Counted from the stretch's first letter, positions 9,485 to 17,939 are shown. The stretch: DNA of 28,109 bases from an uncultured Burkholderiales bacterium (GCA_903831925.1 CAIKZV010000153.1:1-28109), one strand, 5' to 3'. The notes: generated by a model not told the origin, from the letters alone. Numbers and translations: made by a program.

Positions 9485-9772
9485 ATGCTCGAATCAAGCA
9501 GTGATCCGTACGACATCCTCGGTGTTCCGTCGAGTGCCAGCACGGCCGATATCAAGCTCGCCTTTCGAAAAAAGGCGTCTTTCTTTCACCCGGATCGCAA
9601 CCCGGATGCCGATGCCGCGGCGCGTTTTCGTGATGCGCAGCAGGCCTACGAACTGCTGATCGACGAGGACCGGCGCCGGGCACACGACCAGAAACGACGC
9701 AAGCATCTCCTCGAGAATCCGCTCGAGACGGCGCGCGCCATGTTCCAAACCTATCTCGAACAGATCCGATGA
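9485..9772 (+). CDS. atcJ: Short stand-alone J-domain co-chaperone, AtcJ-like
   Basis: DPYDILGV...IKLAFRK...HPD(35-37)...F...QQAYELL; 95 aa; C-terminal NPLETARAMF gives P-X7-F, resembling the PX7W motif of AtcJ. First gene of a four-gene overlapping operon. The J-domain is certain; the symbol is inferred. Confidence 0.8.
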   Translation: MLESSSDPYDILGVPSSASTADIKLAFRKKASFFHPDRNPDADAAARFRDAQQAYELLIDEDRRRAHDQKRRKHLLENPLETARAMFQTYLEQIR

Positions 9773-10314
9773 AACTTTCCGACTATTTCTTTGAACTCGA
9801 AGAAAGCTATCGTGCCGATCTCGATGACCTGCGCTTCGATTCCGATGGCCGCGATGTCCTGCAGGCCAGGCTCAAGGACAAGCGCAGTCAGCTGTCGGCG
9901 CTCCTGCCGATGATCGGATTCGACCCGGTGCTGGTGGCACCGGTCTTTCACGGCGCCTTTGAATTTCCGGCGGGCGGCCATCAGACGGTCGCCGACCTGC
10001 TGAGCCAGTTTCCAGGTGAATTTGCACCCTGGCAGGATGTGGCGGCGGCGGTGACCGTGGCCGCCTGGGCGCAGCCGCTGGTCAAGACCGTGCTGGCCAA
10101 TGCTCATGGCGAGGATTTCCTGGCAACCGTCGTAGCGCTCGAATTTGCGCTCTCGCGCCGTCTCGGGCCGCGGGCTGAGCAGGCCGACGATGAGCGCGAT
10201 GATCATGAAGACGGCGATGATCGCGACGACAGCAGCGAGGACAGCGACGAGGGCGATCAGCTGAGCGAGGATTATCTCGAACAGCAGGGCTTTGACCGCA
10301 GGAGCAGCGAATGA
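9769..10314 (+). CDS. Hypothetical protein, second gene of the J-domain operon (AtcA position)
   Basis: ATGA overlaps at both ends; 181 aa; acidic linker followed by EDYLEQQGFDR. No recognisable catalytic motif; Atc identity rests on gene order only. Confidence 0.75.
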   Translation: MKLSDYFFELEESYRADLDDLRFDSDGRDVLQARLKDKRSQLSALLPMIGFDPVLVAPVFHGAFEFPAGGHQTVADLLSQFPGEFAPWQDVAAAVTVAAWAQPLVKTVLANAHGEDFLATVVALEFALSRRLGPRAEQADDERDDHEDGDDRDDSSEDSDEGDQLSEDYLEQQGFDRRSSE

Positions 10315-11033
10315 CGCATGCGATCGTGAGCACGGTGTCGAGCCTGGTCTACGAGGGCAATATCGACAGCGCCGAGCGGGCACTGGCCACGGTGGCCGAT
10401 GCCGAGGGTGATTACGCCCTGGCCAAGGTGATCGACGAGATGCCCTCGCGGGATGTGGTGGCGATCCTGCGCGAGCACGACAGTTCGCGCAGTTCGATCA
10501 TCAGCGAGCTGATCTCGCCCAAGGCGTTTCTGGCCGCAGTGGTGCTGGAGCGTGAATATCGTGAGCGCAACCACGAGTCACTCAAGGGCATGATCAATTC
10601 GGTGGTCTTTGCCGACGAAGACCGCACCGATGAATTCATCGAATCGCTGGGCAGCACCGCCGATGGCGTGAGTGCGCTGGCCGATTATTTTTCCGAGCGC
10701 CATGAAGAGGTCGAGTACTTCTTTCGCAATGGCACCTATTCCCAGCTCGAGGGCGACGAATCGGCGGGCATTCCGACCTCGAATGCCGATCTCGATCTTG
10801 GTGATCCGGGCGACTACCAGCGCGGTGAGATCGTCGCGCTGCGCGAGGTGCAGGACCAGGACTGGCGCGAGCTGTCCTGGCGGCTGCGCTGCGAACACTA
10901 CGAAATTTTTCGCGAAGTCCTCGAGGTGCTGCGCATGCGCCATATGCGTTCGCTCGAGGTGCCGGTCGCGCCACCCAAGTCGGCGCAGGCGCAGGCACTC
11001 GACGACGATGATGATGAGGATGACGTGCTGTGA
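10311..11033 (+). CDS. Hypothetical acidic protein, third gene of the J-domain operon (AtcB position)
   Basis: ATGA overlap upstream and GTGA overlap downstream; 240 aa, helical-looking, ends DDDDDEDDVL. Confidence 0.75.
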   Translation: MTHAIVSTVSSLVYEGNIDSAERALATVADAEGDYALAKVIDEMPSRDVVAILREHDSSRSSIISELISPKAFLAAVVLEREYRERNHESLKGMINSVVFADEDRTDEFIESLGSTADGVSALADYFSERHEEVEYFFRNGTYSQLEGDESAGIPTSNADLDLGDPGDYQRGEIVALREVQDQDWRELSWRLRCEHYEIFREVLEVLRMRHMRSLEVPVAPPKSAQAQALDDDDDEDDVL

Positions 11034-12250
11034 ACTGGGTCGCACATCGGGATTCCCGCTCACTCTTTGAGCGCGCCTGGCTGCATGGCATCGGGTCGGG
11101 CATCATCACCCCTGAAAATCAGGAGGTGATCAGCCGCGAAGGCACGCGCGCGATCCGCAAGATTGCCAGCGTCCTCGGCTCCGAAAACCTGCGCGCCGAT
11201 CTCGAGCGCGCGATGCGCAGCATGCTCGGGCTGGTCAATCTGCACCTCGAAAAAGTCAGCCAGGGCGACATCCGCCTGGCGGCCCGCTCGATTGCCGACA
11301 ACGGGCTGCTCTTTCATACCCGTGGCGCCTCGAATGACATCAAGCGGATCCTGGCGACCCGCGACGGCCTCGAGCTCGAGGACATCGACCCGGAGCAGAA
11401 GCAGCAGTACGAGGAAGCGGTGGTCTCGTCCTGGGCGCAGTATTCGTTTGCCGACTTCATGCAGCAGTATGAGGACGCCGAGCGGGTGCGCCGAAGGCGC
11501 GATGCTGCCGCGGCGATTTCGCAGGCCCTGCAGGGCGACGCGCCCGACACCGACTTCGAGCCCGAACAGATCATCATGACCGCGCTGCTGATCATGGTCT
11601 ACACGCGAAAGATGACCTGGATTGCAAATCAGCAGGGCCTGGAAAAACTGATCGACGCGATCCGCAAGTCACCGCGCAAGCTTGCTGCGCCGCCCGAGGG
11701 CCTGCCCGATCGGTATCGCACCATTATCGAAGCGGTCTGGGCTGAACGCGCACCGGCCCTCAAAGCGGTGATCGTCGATTCGGCAACCCCTTTGCATGTG
11801 CTGGTCGCGGGCGACCCATCGGTCAACCGGCTACACGAATTGCTGGTGATGCCCGAAAACGCGCTGGCCGATGTCGACGATCACGACGATCGCACCACCT
11901 CGCACTGGCGAAAGCTCACCGGCGGCACCAGCGACGAAGCGCGCCTGCTGGTGATCATGCTCCAGGGTGTACTCGAACTGACCGACAAGCCGCCCTTCAG
12001 CCAGCGAACCGCGAAGCGCCTGCTCGATACCGTGCTCATCAAGCGGCCAGACGATCGGCTCATTGCCGACTGGCTCGAGGCCAATGCGCCGCATCAGAAT
12101 CAGTCGGGGCTGTTCGAGCTCTGGAACGATTTCTGGGACGAGCGCGAGTCGACCTTGCATGAGGATGCCGGCAGCGACGACTACCAGTCCTTTGCGACAA
12201 CCTGGCTGCCGATGCAGGCGCCGCGAAAGAAGCCGGCGGCCAAGGCTTAG
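11030..12250 (+). CDS. Hypothetical protein, fourth gene of the J-domain operon (AtcC position)
   Basis: GTG start overlapping the previous stop; 406 aa soluble, helical-looking; basic tail PRKKPAAKA. Confidence 0.75.
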   Translation: MNWVAHRDSRSLFERAWLHGIGSGIITPENQEVISREGTRAIRKIASVLGSENLRADLERAMRSMLGLVNLHLEKVSQGDIRLAARSIADNGLLFHTRGASNDIKRILATRDGLELEDIDPEQKQQYEEAVVSSWAQYSFADFMQQYEDAERVRRRRDAAAAISQALQGDAPDTDFEPEQIIMTALLIMVYTRKMTWIANQQGLEKLIDAIRKSPRKLAAPPEGLPDRYRTIIEAVWAERAPALKAVIVDSATPLHVLVAGDPSVNRLHELLVMPENALADVDDHDDRTTSHWRKLTGGTSDEARLLVIMLQGVLELTDKPPFSQRTAKRLLDTVLIKRPDDRLIADWLEANAPHQNQSGLFELWNDFWDERESTLHEDAGSDDYQSFATTWLPMQAPRKKPAAKA

Positions 12251-12288
12251 GCCGGGCGGGGCGGCGCACTGTTTCACCTCGATTGACC

Positions 12289-13506
12289 ATGTCCGCCGCC
12301 CGACCCGCCCATTCAGAATCCGCTCAGTCATCAGGGCTCACGCCGAGGCAGCGCAGTGCCTGCGCGATGGCTGCAGCCACCCTCCTCAATCTGCCGTTCG
12401 GAACGATTTACGCTTTCAGCGTCTTTCTCAAGCCAATGGAGGCGATGCTCGGTATCGGGCGCGCCCAGATGGCGCTGGTCTTCTCGGTGGCCTCGATCTG
12501 CCTGACGCTCGGCATGCTCGCCGGGCCAGTGCTCTATCGGCGATTTGCACCGGTTGGGCTATTGCTGTGCGCCGGCCTGTGCAGCGCGGTCGGCTTGCTG
12601 GTCGCGGCCAGCGCCACCGGCATCGGGCAATTGATGCTGGGCTACGGCCTGCTCTTCGGGCTGGGTGGCGGGGTGGCCTTCGTGATGATGCAGCAGGGCA
12701 TCAACCAGACCGTCGAGGCGATGAGCGGCCTGGCCAATGGCTATGTGGTGAGCCTGTATCCCTTGGGCGCGATGATCGGCGCGCCGATCTTCGGCTGGTC
12801 GATTGCTGAGTTCGGATTGCGGGCCACGCTGGTCGGACTGGCGATCACGGTCTCGCTGGCGACCGCGGCGGCGGTGCTGCTGCTGCGCCTTGCCGACATC
12901 CGCATGCAGGACGGCCAGGCCGGCGCGCAAGGCAGTGAAGATCGACGCTGGGGCCTGTTTGCGCGTCTTTTCGGCGTGTTTTTCCTGGCGGCCGCAGCCG
13001 GCCTGATGGTGATGAGCCAGTCGGCCGGCATCCTGCAGGCCTATGGCGCGGCCACGGCGTTTGCCCTGGGCGGCACGACCTTCATCACCGGCGCGATCGC
13101 GGCCGCCCGAATCGGTGGCGGCTGGCTGGTCGATCGCTTTGCGGTGCCATGGGTGGCCTGCGCCGCGCACCTCATCGCGCTGTCGGGCTCGCTGTTGCTG
13201 CTGGCGTTTCCCGGACCGGCCGTGGCGGTGCTGGCCATGACGCTGATCGGCATGGGCTATGGTTTCATTTCCGGACTGACCGCCGGGGCGATTGCCCGCT
13301 ACTGGCACAAGAATGCTTTTGGACGGGTCGCCGGGCAGCTCTATATCGCCTGGTGCGTGGCCGCGGTCAGCCTGCCGGTGGTGGCCGGCTGGCTCTTCGA
13401 CCGCACGCAGGCCTATCACGGGGCGATGATGATCGCGGCAGTCGGCAATCTGCTGGGCGCCATGCTGGCGACCAGTCTGCCGCGCAACAGGGAGGGGACG
13501 CGATGA
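12289..13506 (+). CDS. MFS transporter (oxalate/formate antiporter-like)
   Basis: About 12 hydrophobic segments; LPFGTIYAFSVF, ARIGGGWLVDRF, GWLFDRTQAY. Start uncertain (TTG 12283, ATG 12289 or later). Confidence 0.85.
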   Translation: MSAARPAHSESAQSSGLTPRQRSACAMAAATLLNLPFGTIYAFSVFLKPMEAMLGIGRAQMALVFSVASICLTLGMLAGPVLYRRFAPVGLLLCAGLCSAVGLLVAASATGIGQLMLGYGLLFGLGGGVAFVMMQQGINQTVEAMSGLANGYVVSLYPLGAMIGAPIFGWSIAEFGLRATLVGLAITVSLATAAAVLLLRLADIRMQDGQAGAQGSEDRRWGLFARLFGVFFLAAAAGLMVMSQSAGILQAYGAATAFALGGTTFITGAIAAARIGGGWLVDRFAVPWVACAAHLIALSGSLLLLAFPGPAVAVLAMTLIGMGYGFISGLTAGAIARYWHKNAFGRVAGQLYIAWCVAAVSLPVVAGWLFDRTQAYHGAMMIAAVGNLLGAMLATSLPRNREGTR

Positions 13507-14264
13507 AATGGCATGTGCTGTCCGGTGGCCGGCTGCGAATGCGCAAGGGCGTTTATTTTCCAGATGCCGCGCGTGATGAAACCATCGATCTGCCGGTGAT
13601 CTGTCATCTGCTGCGTCATCCGCAGGGCAATGTGCTCTTCGACACCGGCTGTCATCCCGACATCGCGGTCGATCCGGTGCCGCGCTGGGGTGACAAGTCG
13701 AAGGTGCTGGTGCCGCTGCAGGGGCCGCGCGACAACGTGATCGATGAACTGGCGCTGCTCGGGCTCGGGCCGCTCGACATCGATCTGGTGGTCAATTCGC
13801 ACCTGCACACCGATCACTGCGGCTGCAATGCGTTTTTCAAGAAGGCCACAGTGGTCTGCCATGCCCGCGAGCTCGAGACCGCCCGTGCCGAGCTCGGCCC
13901 GAAGATCGGCATGATGCCGATCGACTGGGATCAGCCGATGCCCTTCGATACCTTCGAGGGTGAACGTGATCTGTTCAACGACGGGCGTATTGTCCTGCTG
14001 CCGATGCCGGGCCACACCCCCGGAATGAGCTGCGCGATGGTCTCGCTCGATCGCACCGGCAGTGTGCTGCTGACCTCGGATGCGGTCGCGCTGCGCGCGA
14101 ACCTCGAGCAGGGCGTGCATCCGCGTCAGACCTGGGATCACGACGCGGCATCGCGCTCGATGGACGAGATCCGGCGCATCGGCGAGCGTGGTGCCACCGT
14201 GATCTTCGGCCACGACGAGCAGCAGTGGCAGGGGCTGCAAAAAGGGGTGGCGTTCTACGACTGA
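13503..14264 (+). CDS. N-acyl homoserine lactonase-family MBL-fold hydrolase (AiiA/AttM-like)
   Basis: LFDTG, NSHLHTDHCG (HxHxDH, 13800-13817), GHTPG, SDA, FGHD. ATG 13503 overlaps the MFS stop (ATGA); the ORF track's 13149 start lies inside the MFS gene. Confidence 0.85.
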   Translation: MKWHVLSGGRLRMRKGVYFPDAARDETIDLPVICHLLRHPQGNVLFDTGCHPDIAVDPVPRWGDKSKVLVPLQGPRDNVIDELALLGLGPLDIDLVVNSHLHTDHCGCNAFFKKATVVCHARELETARAELGPKIGMMPIDWDQPMPFDTFEGERDLFNDGRIVLLPMPGHTPGMSCAMVSLDRTGSVLLTSDAVALRANLEQGVHPRQTWDHDAASRSMDEIRRIGERGATVIFGHDEQQWQGLQKGVAFYD

Positions 14265-14280
14265 GTGACCGGGTGTCGCC

Positions 14281-14892
14281 TCAGGCAGCGCGGCTCGTCA
14301 GTCGTTGCAGCTCGTCGGCTACGAAGTCCATGCGGTCTTTGCCCCAGAAAAGTTCTTTTCCGACGACCATGCTGGGCACACCGAACACCCCTCTGGCCAG
14401 ACCCTGGTCGGTGCTGTCGATCAGCGCCTGGCGCACCAGCTCGCTTTCGCTGCGGGCTTCGAAGGCGTCTGGGTCGACACCGAGCCGCGCCGCAATCGGG
14501 CGCAGGCCGGCATAGTCGGCGATCGAGGCATCGTTCTTTTCCCAGTAGGCGCTCATCACCGCCTCGACGTACTCATGCTCGAGCTGCCAATGGCGCATGG
14601 CGATCGAGCCTCTGAGTGCCCGGCTGGTCTTGATCGGAAAGGTGTCGGGCACGCGAAAGGGCAGCTCGTGCCTGAGCGCCCAGCGCTCAAGGTCGCGGAT
14701 CCGGTTGCTGATCTTGGTCGCCGGTTCTTCCATCAGCACATAGTTGTGATGGCGAAAGACATGGCCGAGGTTGAAGGGATGCAGGCGCAGGCTGGCGCCA
14801 TACTTTGCCACGATCGGCGGCAGCAGCTTGAGCGCAAAATAGGTGTTGGTGCTGCCGGTATCCCAGTAGACATCGACGACCGGCGCGCTCAT
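14281..14892 (-). CDS. 2-hydroxychromene-2-carboxylate isomerase / kappa-GST (DsbA-like) family protein, copy 2
   Basis: VDVYWDTGSTNTY, RDLERWA, ARGVFGVPSM, LFWGKDRM. Confidence 0.85.
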   Translation of the reverse strand: MSAPVVDVYWDTGSTNTYFALKLLPPIVAKYGASLRLHPFNLGHVFRHHNYVLMEEPATKISNRIRDLERWALRHELPFRVPDTFPIKTSRALRGSIAMRHWQLEHEYVEAVMSAYWEKNDASIADYAGLRPIAARLGVDPDAFEARSESELVRQALIDSTDQGLARGVFGVPSMVVGKELFWGKDRMDFVADELQRLTSRAA

Positions 14893-15548
14893 GCGGCCCC
14901 CCGGTTTTCGGTTTGCAGGCGATTCTGTCGCATCGCGTCGGCGGATGCGCTCAGCGTCTGCTCGATCGCCTCGCGCACCATCGCGAGCCTGTCGCCGCCC
15001 CAGTAGAGCTGCTCCTCGAAGATCATCATCGGGACACCGAAAACACCGAGCGTCTCGGCCTCGTCAGTGAGACGCTGCAGACGCATCGCGCCATCGCCCT
15101 GAACGAAGCGCTCGAAGTCGGCGCCGGATGCGCCCAGCGCATCGATATGGCGACCCATCTCCTCATGGGAATCGATATCGAGGTCGTGGCGCCAGAAGCG
15201 CTCGAAGGTGGACGCGTGATAAGCCTCGAAAAATCCGTGATCCTGGGCGAACAGCATCCCGATGCTCGAGAGCTTGCCGCTGTAGATGCGTCGCGGCCCT
15301 TTCATGATCAGGCCCTGCCGGTTGGCCGTGCGGCGCGCATCCATGTAGCCATAACGCACCTTTCGCCAGTTGTGGACGGTGCGCGCTTCGACGCTTCCCA
15401 TGAACTCCTCGATGCGCAGCGTGTAGGGTCGCCAGTCGAGATGGATCGGGTATTGCAGGGCGATGGCGCGGATGGCGGCGTCGGCCACAAAGGCATAAGG
15501 ACTCTTGTAGTCGGTGTAGACGATCAAGCTCGGCAGTGTGGCGGTCAT
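14889..15548 (-). CDS. 2-hydroxychromene-2-carboxylate isomerase / kappa-GST (DsbA-like) family protein, copy 1
   Basis: IVYTDYKSPYAF, YMDARR, GVFGVPMM, LYWGGDRL. Start placed at ATG 15548; its stop overlaps the next start (ATGA). Confidence 0.85.
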   Translation of the reverse strand: MTATLPSLIVYTDYKSPYAFVADAAIRAIALQYPIHLDWRPYTLRIEEFMGSVEARTVHNWRKVRYGYMDARRTANRQGLIMKGPRRIYSGKLSSIGMLFAQDHGFFEAYHASTFERFWRHDLDIDSHEEMGRHIDALGASGADFERFVQGDGAMRLQRLTDEAETLGVFGVPMMIFEEQLYWGGDRLAMVREAIEQTLSASADAMRQNRLQTENRGAA

Positions 15549-15564
15549 CTCGTGCCCCGAAAAC

Positions 15565-15573
15565 ATTATGACA
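15565..15573 (-). promoter_or_regulatory. Candidate extended -10 element for the isomerase pair
   Basis: Minus strand TGt-CATAAT 16 nt upstream of ATG 15548, implying a short leader. Confidence 0.25.
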
Positions 15574-15732
15574 ACACACTCATCCGGCAATGGTCCACGC
15601 AGTGACGCCGACGGGCAGCCGATTGATCCTTAGGAATCAACGATTGAGTCGTCCTCGGTCACGGTACGAAACAATGTCGCCTCACAATTTGCCAACCGCC
15701 GATGACGGCACCCACTGACGATTGAGACTTCG

Positions 15733-16632
15733 ATGAGACTTTCTTTCAACCTTGCAGCGAAAATCAGCATCGGCGTTTTGACGTCCTGGGTTTGCGCTTT
15801 TGCGTCAGCAGAAATGCCGGCGTCATTGCCGTCAGACTCACCGAGTCCGGTTCTGAAGTTCAATATCGTCGGCAGCGATTCGGGCATCAACTGGACGAGC
15901 GCCGACATCGGTTTTTCGCTCGATCGCAACAGCGGCGATTTCTCATTGGCCTCGCCTTATGCCTACTCGGCGGGTCGCAAGGTCACGGTCGATGGCGTCG
16001 AGCTGCCGGCCTTCGTGGTCAAGGTCGATCCGACCGATTCGCAAGGCAATCGGGTCTTCGACCGCGCTACCGGCGGCAATGTCGATCCGTTCATGAGCTA
16101 TGCCTACAGCATCACCAACAACACCTCGGGGACTCTGGCGGTCAGTGCCTATTTCACCTCGCCGATCATTCCCTCGGTCAATGGACAGGCCAACAACGTG
16201 AGTGCTCGCGCATCCGGCATCCTGGTCGATGCCACCGGCAACGGTGGCTCGCTGACCTACAGCCCGGGGACCGCGAGCTTTCAGAGTTTCGCGCTGTCTT
16301 CGCTGGTCAACGCGCCTCAGGGTGACGCGTCTTTCGTGAACGCAGGCGTGGATGTCGGTGCGGTGCAGTCGATTGCGGCGGGCGCTCCCGGTTCGGTGGC
16401 CTTCATCAACACGGTTCAGTCGGGTATCACCACAGGTCCGCAGGGTGTCTGGAACACCATGCAGATGTATGCGCACTTCACCCTGTCGGGCAGCGGCGAC
16501 ATCGCGCTGGTGACCGGCTATGGCGAGATCATCCCGATTCCCGAGCCTTCGGATCTGGCCTTCATGCTTTCCGGGCTGGTCGTCACCGCGTCGATGATGT
16601 CGCGCCGTCGTCGGGCATCCGCATACCTCTGA
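15733..16632 (+). CDS. PEP-CTERM sorting-domain secreted/surface protein
   Basis: N-terminal signal peptide (…VCAFASA|E), S/G/T/N-rich body, C-terminal IPEPS + hydrophobic helix + RRRR. Confidence 0.9.
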   Translation: MRLSFNLAAKISIGVLTSWVCAFASAEMPASLPSDSPSPVLKFNIVGSDSGINWTSADIGFSLDRNSGDFSLASPYAYSAGRKVTVDGVELPAFVVKVDPTDSQGNRVFDRATGGNVDPFMSYAYSITNNTSGTLAVSAYFTSPIIPSVNGQANNVSARASGILVDATGNGGSLTYSPGTASFQSFALSSLVNAPQGDASFVNAGVDVGAVQSIAAGAPGSVAFINTVQSGITTGPQGVWNTMQMYAHFTLSGSGDIALVTGYGEIIPIPEPSDLAFMLSGLVVTASMMSRRRRASAYL

Positions 16633-16699
16633 TGATCGGGGTTGGCCGGTTGTAAAGACTTGGGAGATGATTCGGGGTCATCAACCAAGCGTGATTCCC

Positions 16700-17869
16700 A
16701 TGTCTGCCATCGACCGCATCGCCCTGTTTCATGACGAGCTGACCGCCTTTCGGCGCGATATCCATGCCCATCCCGAACTCGGTTTCCAGGAGTCGCGCAC
16801 CGCAGAGCGGGTTGCGCAGGCGCTTGAGAGCTATGGCATCGAGGTGCATCGCGGCGTCGGTAAAACCGGTGTTGTTGGCGTCCTGAAGGCGGGCGCCTCG
16901 ATGCGATCGATTGGTCTGCGCGCCGACATGGACGCGCTGCCGATCCAGGAGGCCAACACCTTCGATCATCGTTCGCAGCATGCCGGTCGCATGCATGCCT
17001 GCGGTCACGACGGCCACACCACCATGCTGCTTGGCGCCGCCCGATATCTGGCAGCGACGCGCAATTTCGATGGCACGGTCCACTTCATCTTCCAGCCGGC
17101 CGAAGAGGGCCTGGGCGGGGCGAGGGCCATGCTCGACGATGGTCTGTTCACGCGCTTTCCGTGTGACTGGGTCTTCGGCATGCACAACCGCCCGAAATTG
17201 CCGATCGGGCAGTTTTGCGTGCGCTCCGGCGCGATGATGGCGGGCGGTGCTTTTTTTGATATCGACATCACGGGTGTGGGTTCGCATGGCGCGCGCCCCG
17301 AGGCCGGCATCGATTCGCTGATGGTGGGCGTACAGATCGCCTCGATGCTGCAGACCATCGTCTCGCGCAATGTGCGCCCGGTCGATACCGCGGTGGTGTC
17401 GGTCACCCAGTTTCATGCCGGCGATGCCTACAACGTGATTCCGCAGACTGCGCGCTTGTCGGGCACGGTGAGGGCCTTCTCTAAAGACGTGATGGCGCTG
17501 GTCGAGCGCAATATGCGCCGCATTGCCGGCGGCGTGGCCGAATCGATGGGTGCGACGGCAAGCGTGGACTTTCGCGTGAACTTCGGGCCCACGGTCAACG
17601 ATGCCGATGAAGCCGACTTCGCAGCCTCGGTGTGCGCCGAGCTGGTCGGCGCAGACAAGGTCGATCGCAACCCCCCGCTCATCATGGCCTCGGAAGATTT
17701 TTCCTTCATGCTCGATCGCGTGCCGGGCTGCTTCGTGAACATCGGCAATGGCGATGGCGACGGTGATTGCGAGGTGCACAATCCGGCCTATGACTTCAAC
17801 GATCAGGCGATTCCATTGGGCAGCGCCTTTTTTTCGCGGGCGGTCGAGCGCAAGCTCGCATTAGGCTGA
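16700..17869 (+). CDS. M20D amidohydrolase (hippurate hydrolase / aminoacylase-like)
   Basis: RRDIHAHPELGFQE, LRADMDALP, MHACGHDGH, FQPAEEG, GMHN, SEDFS, HNPAYDFND. Start placed at ATG 16700. Confidence 0.92.
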   Translation: MSAIDRIALFHDELTAFRRDIHAHPELGFQESRTAERVAQALESYGIEVHRGVGKTGVVGVLKAGASMRSIGLRADMDALPIQEANTFDHRSQHAGRMHACGHDGHTTMLLGAARYLAATRNFDGTVHFIFQPAEEGLGGARAMLDDGLFTRFPCDWVFGMHNRPKLPIGQFCVRSGAMMAGGAFFDIDITGVGSHGARPEAGIDSLMVGVQIASMLQTIVSRNVRPVDTAVVSVTQFHAGDAYNVIPQTARLSGTVRAFSKDVMALVERNMRRIAGGVAESMGATASVDFRVNFGPTVNDADEADFAASVCAELVGADKVDRNPPLIMASEDFSFMLDRVPGCFVNIGNGDGDGDCEVHNPAYDFNDQAIPLGSAFFSRAVERKLALG

Positions 17870-17939
17870 GCGCCGCGCGATCAGCGCAGCATCAGCCCAG
17901 GCTCAGCCCGATCATCGAGTCTGTCCGGAGACCGACACC

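Noticed and set aside
9481-9486. CCCCAT resembling an RpoH -10 box before the J-domain gene
   Set aside because: It overlaps the start codon and has no CTTGAA -35 at the right distance.
13149-13502. Apparent 118-aa N-terminal extension of the lactonase
   Set aside because: It lies inside the MFS gene in another frame; the ATGA-coupled ATG at 13503 gives a normal-length protein.
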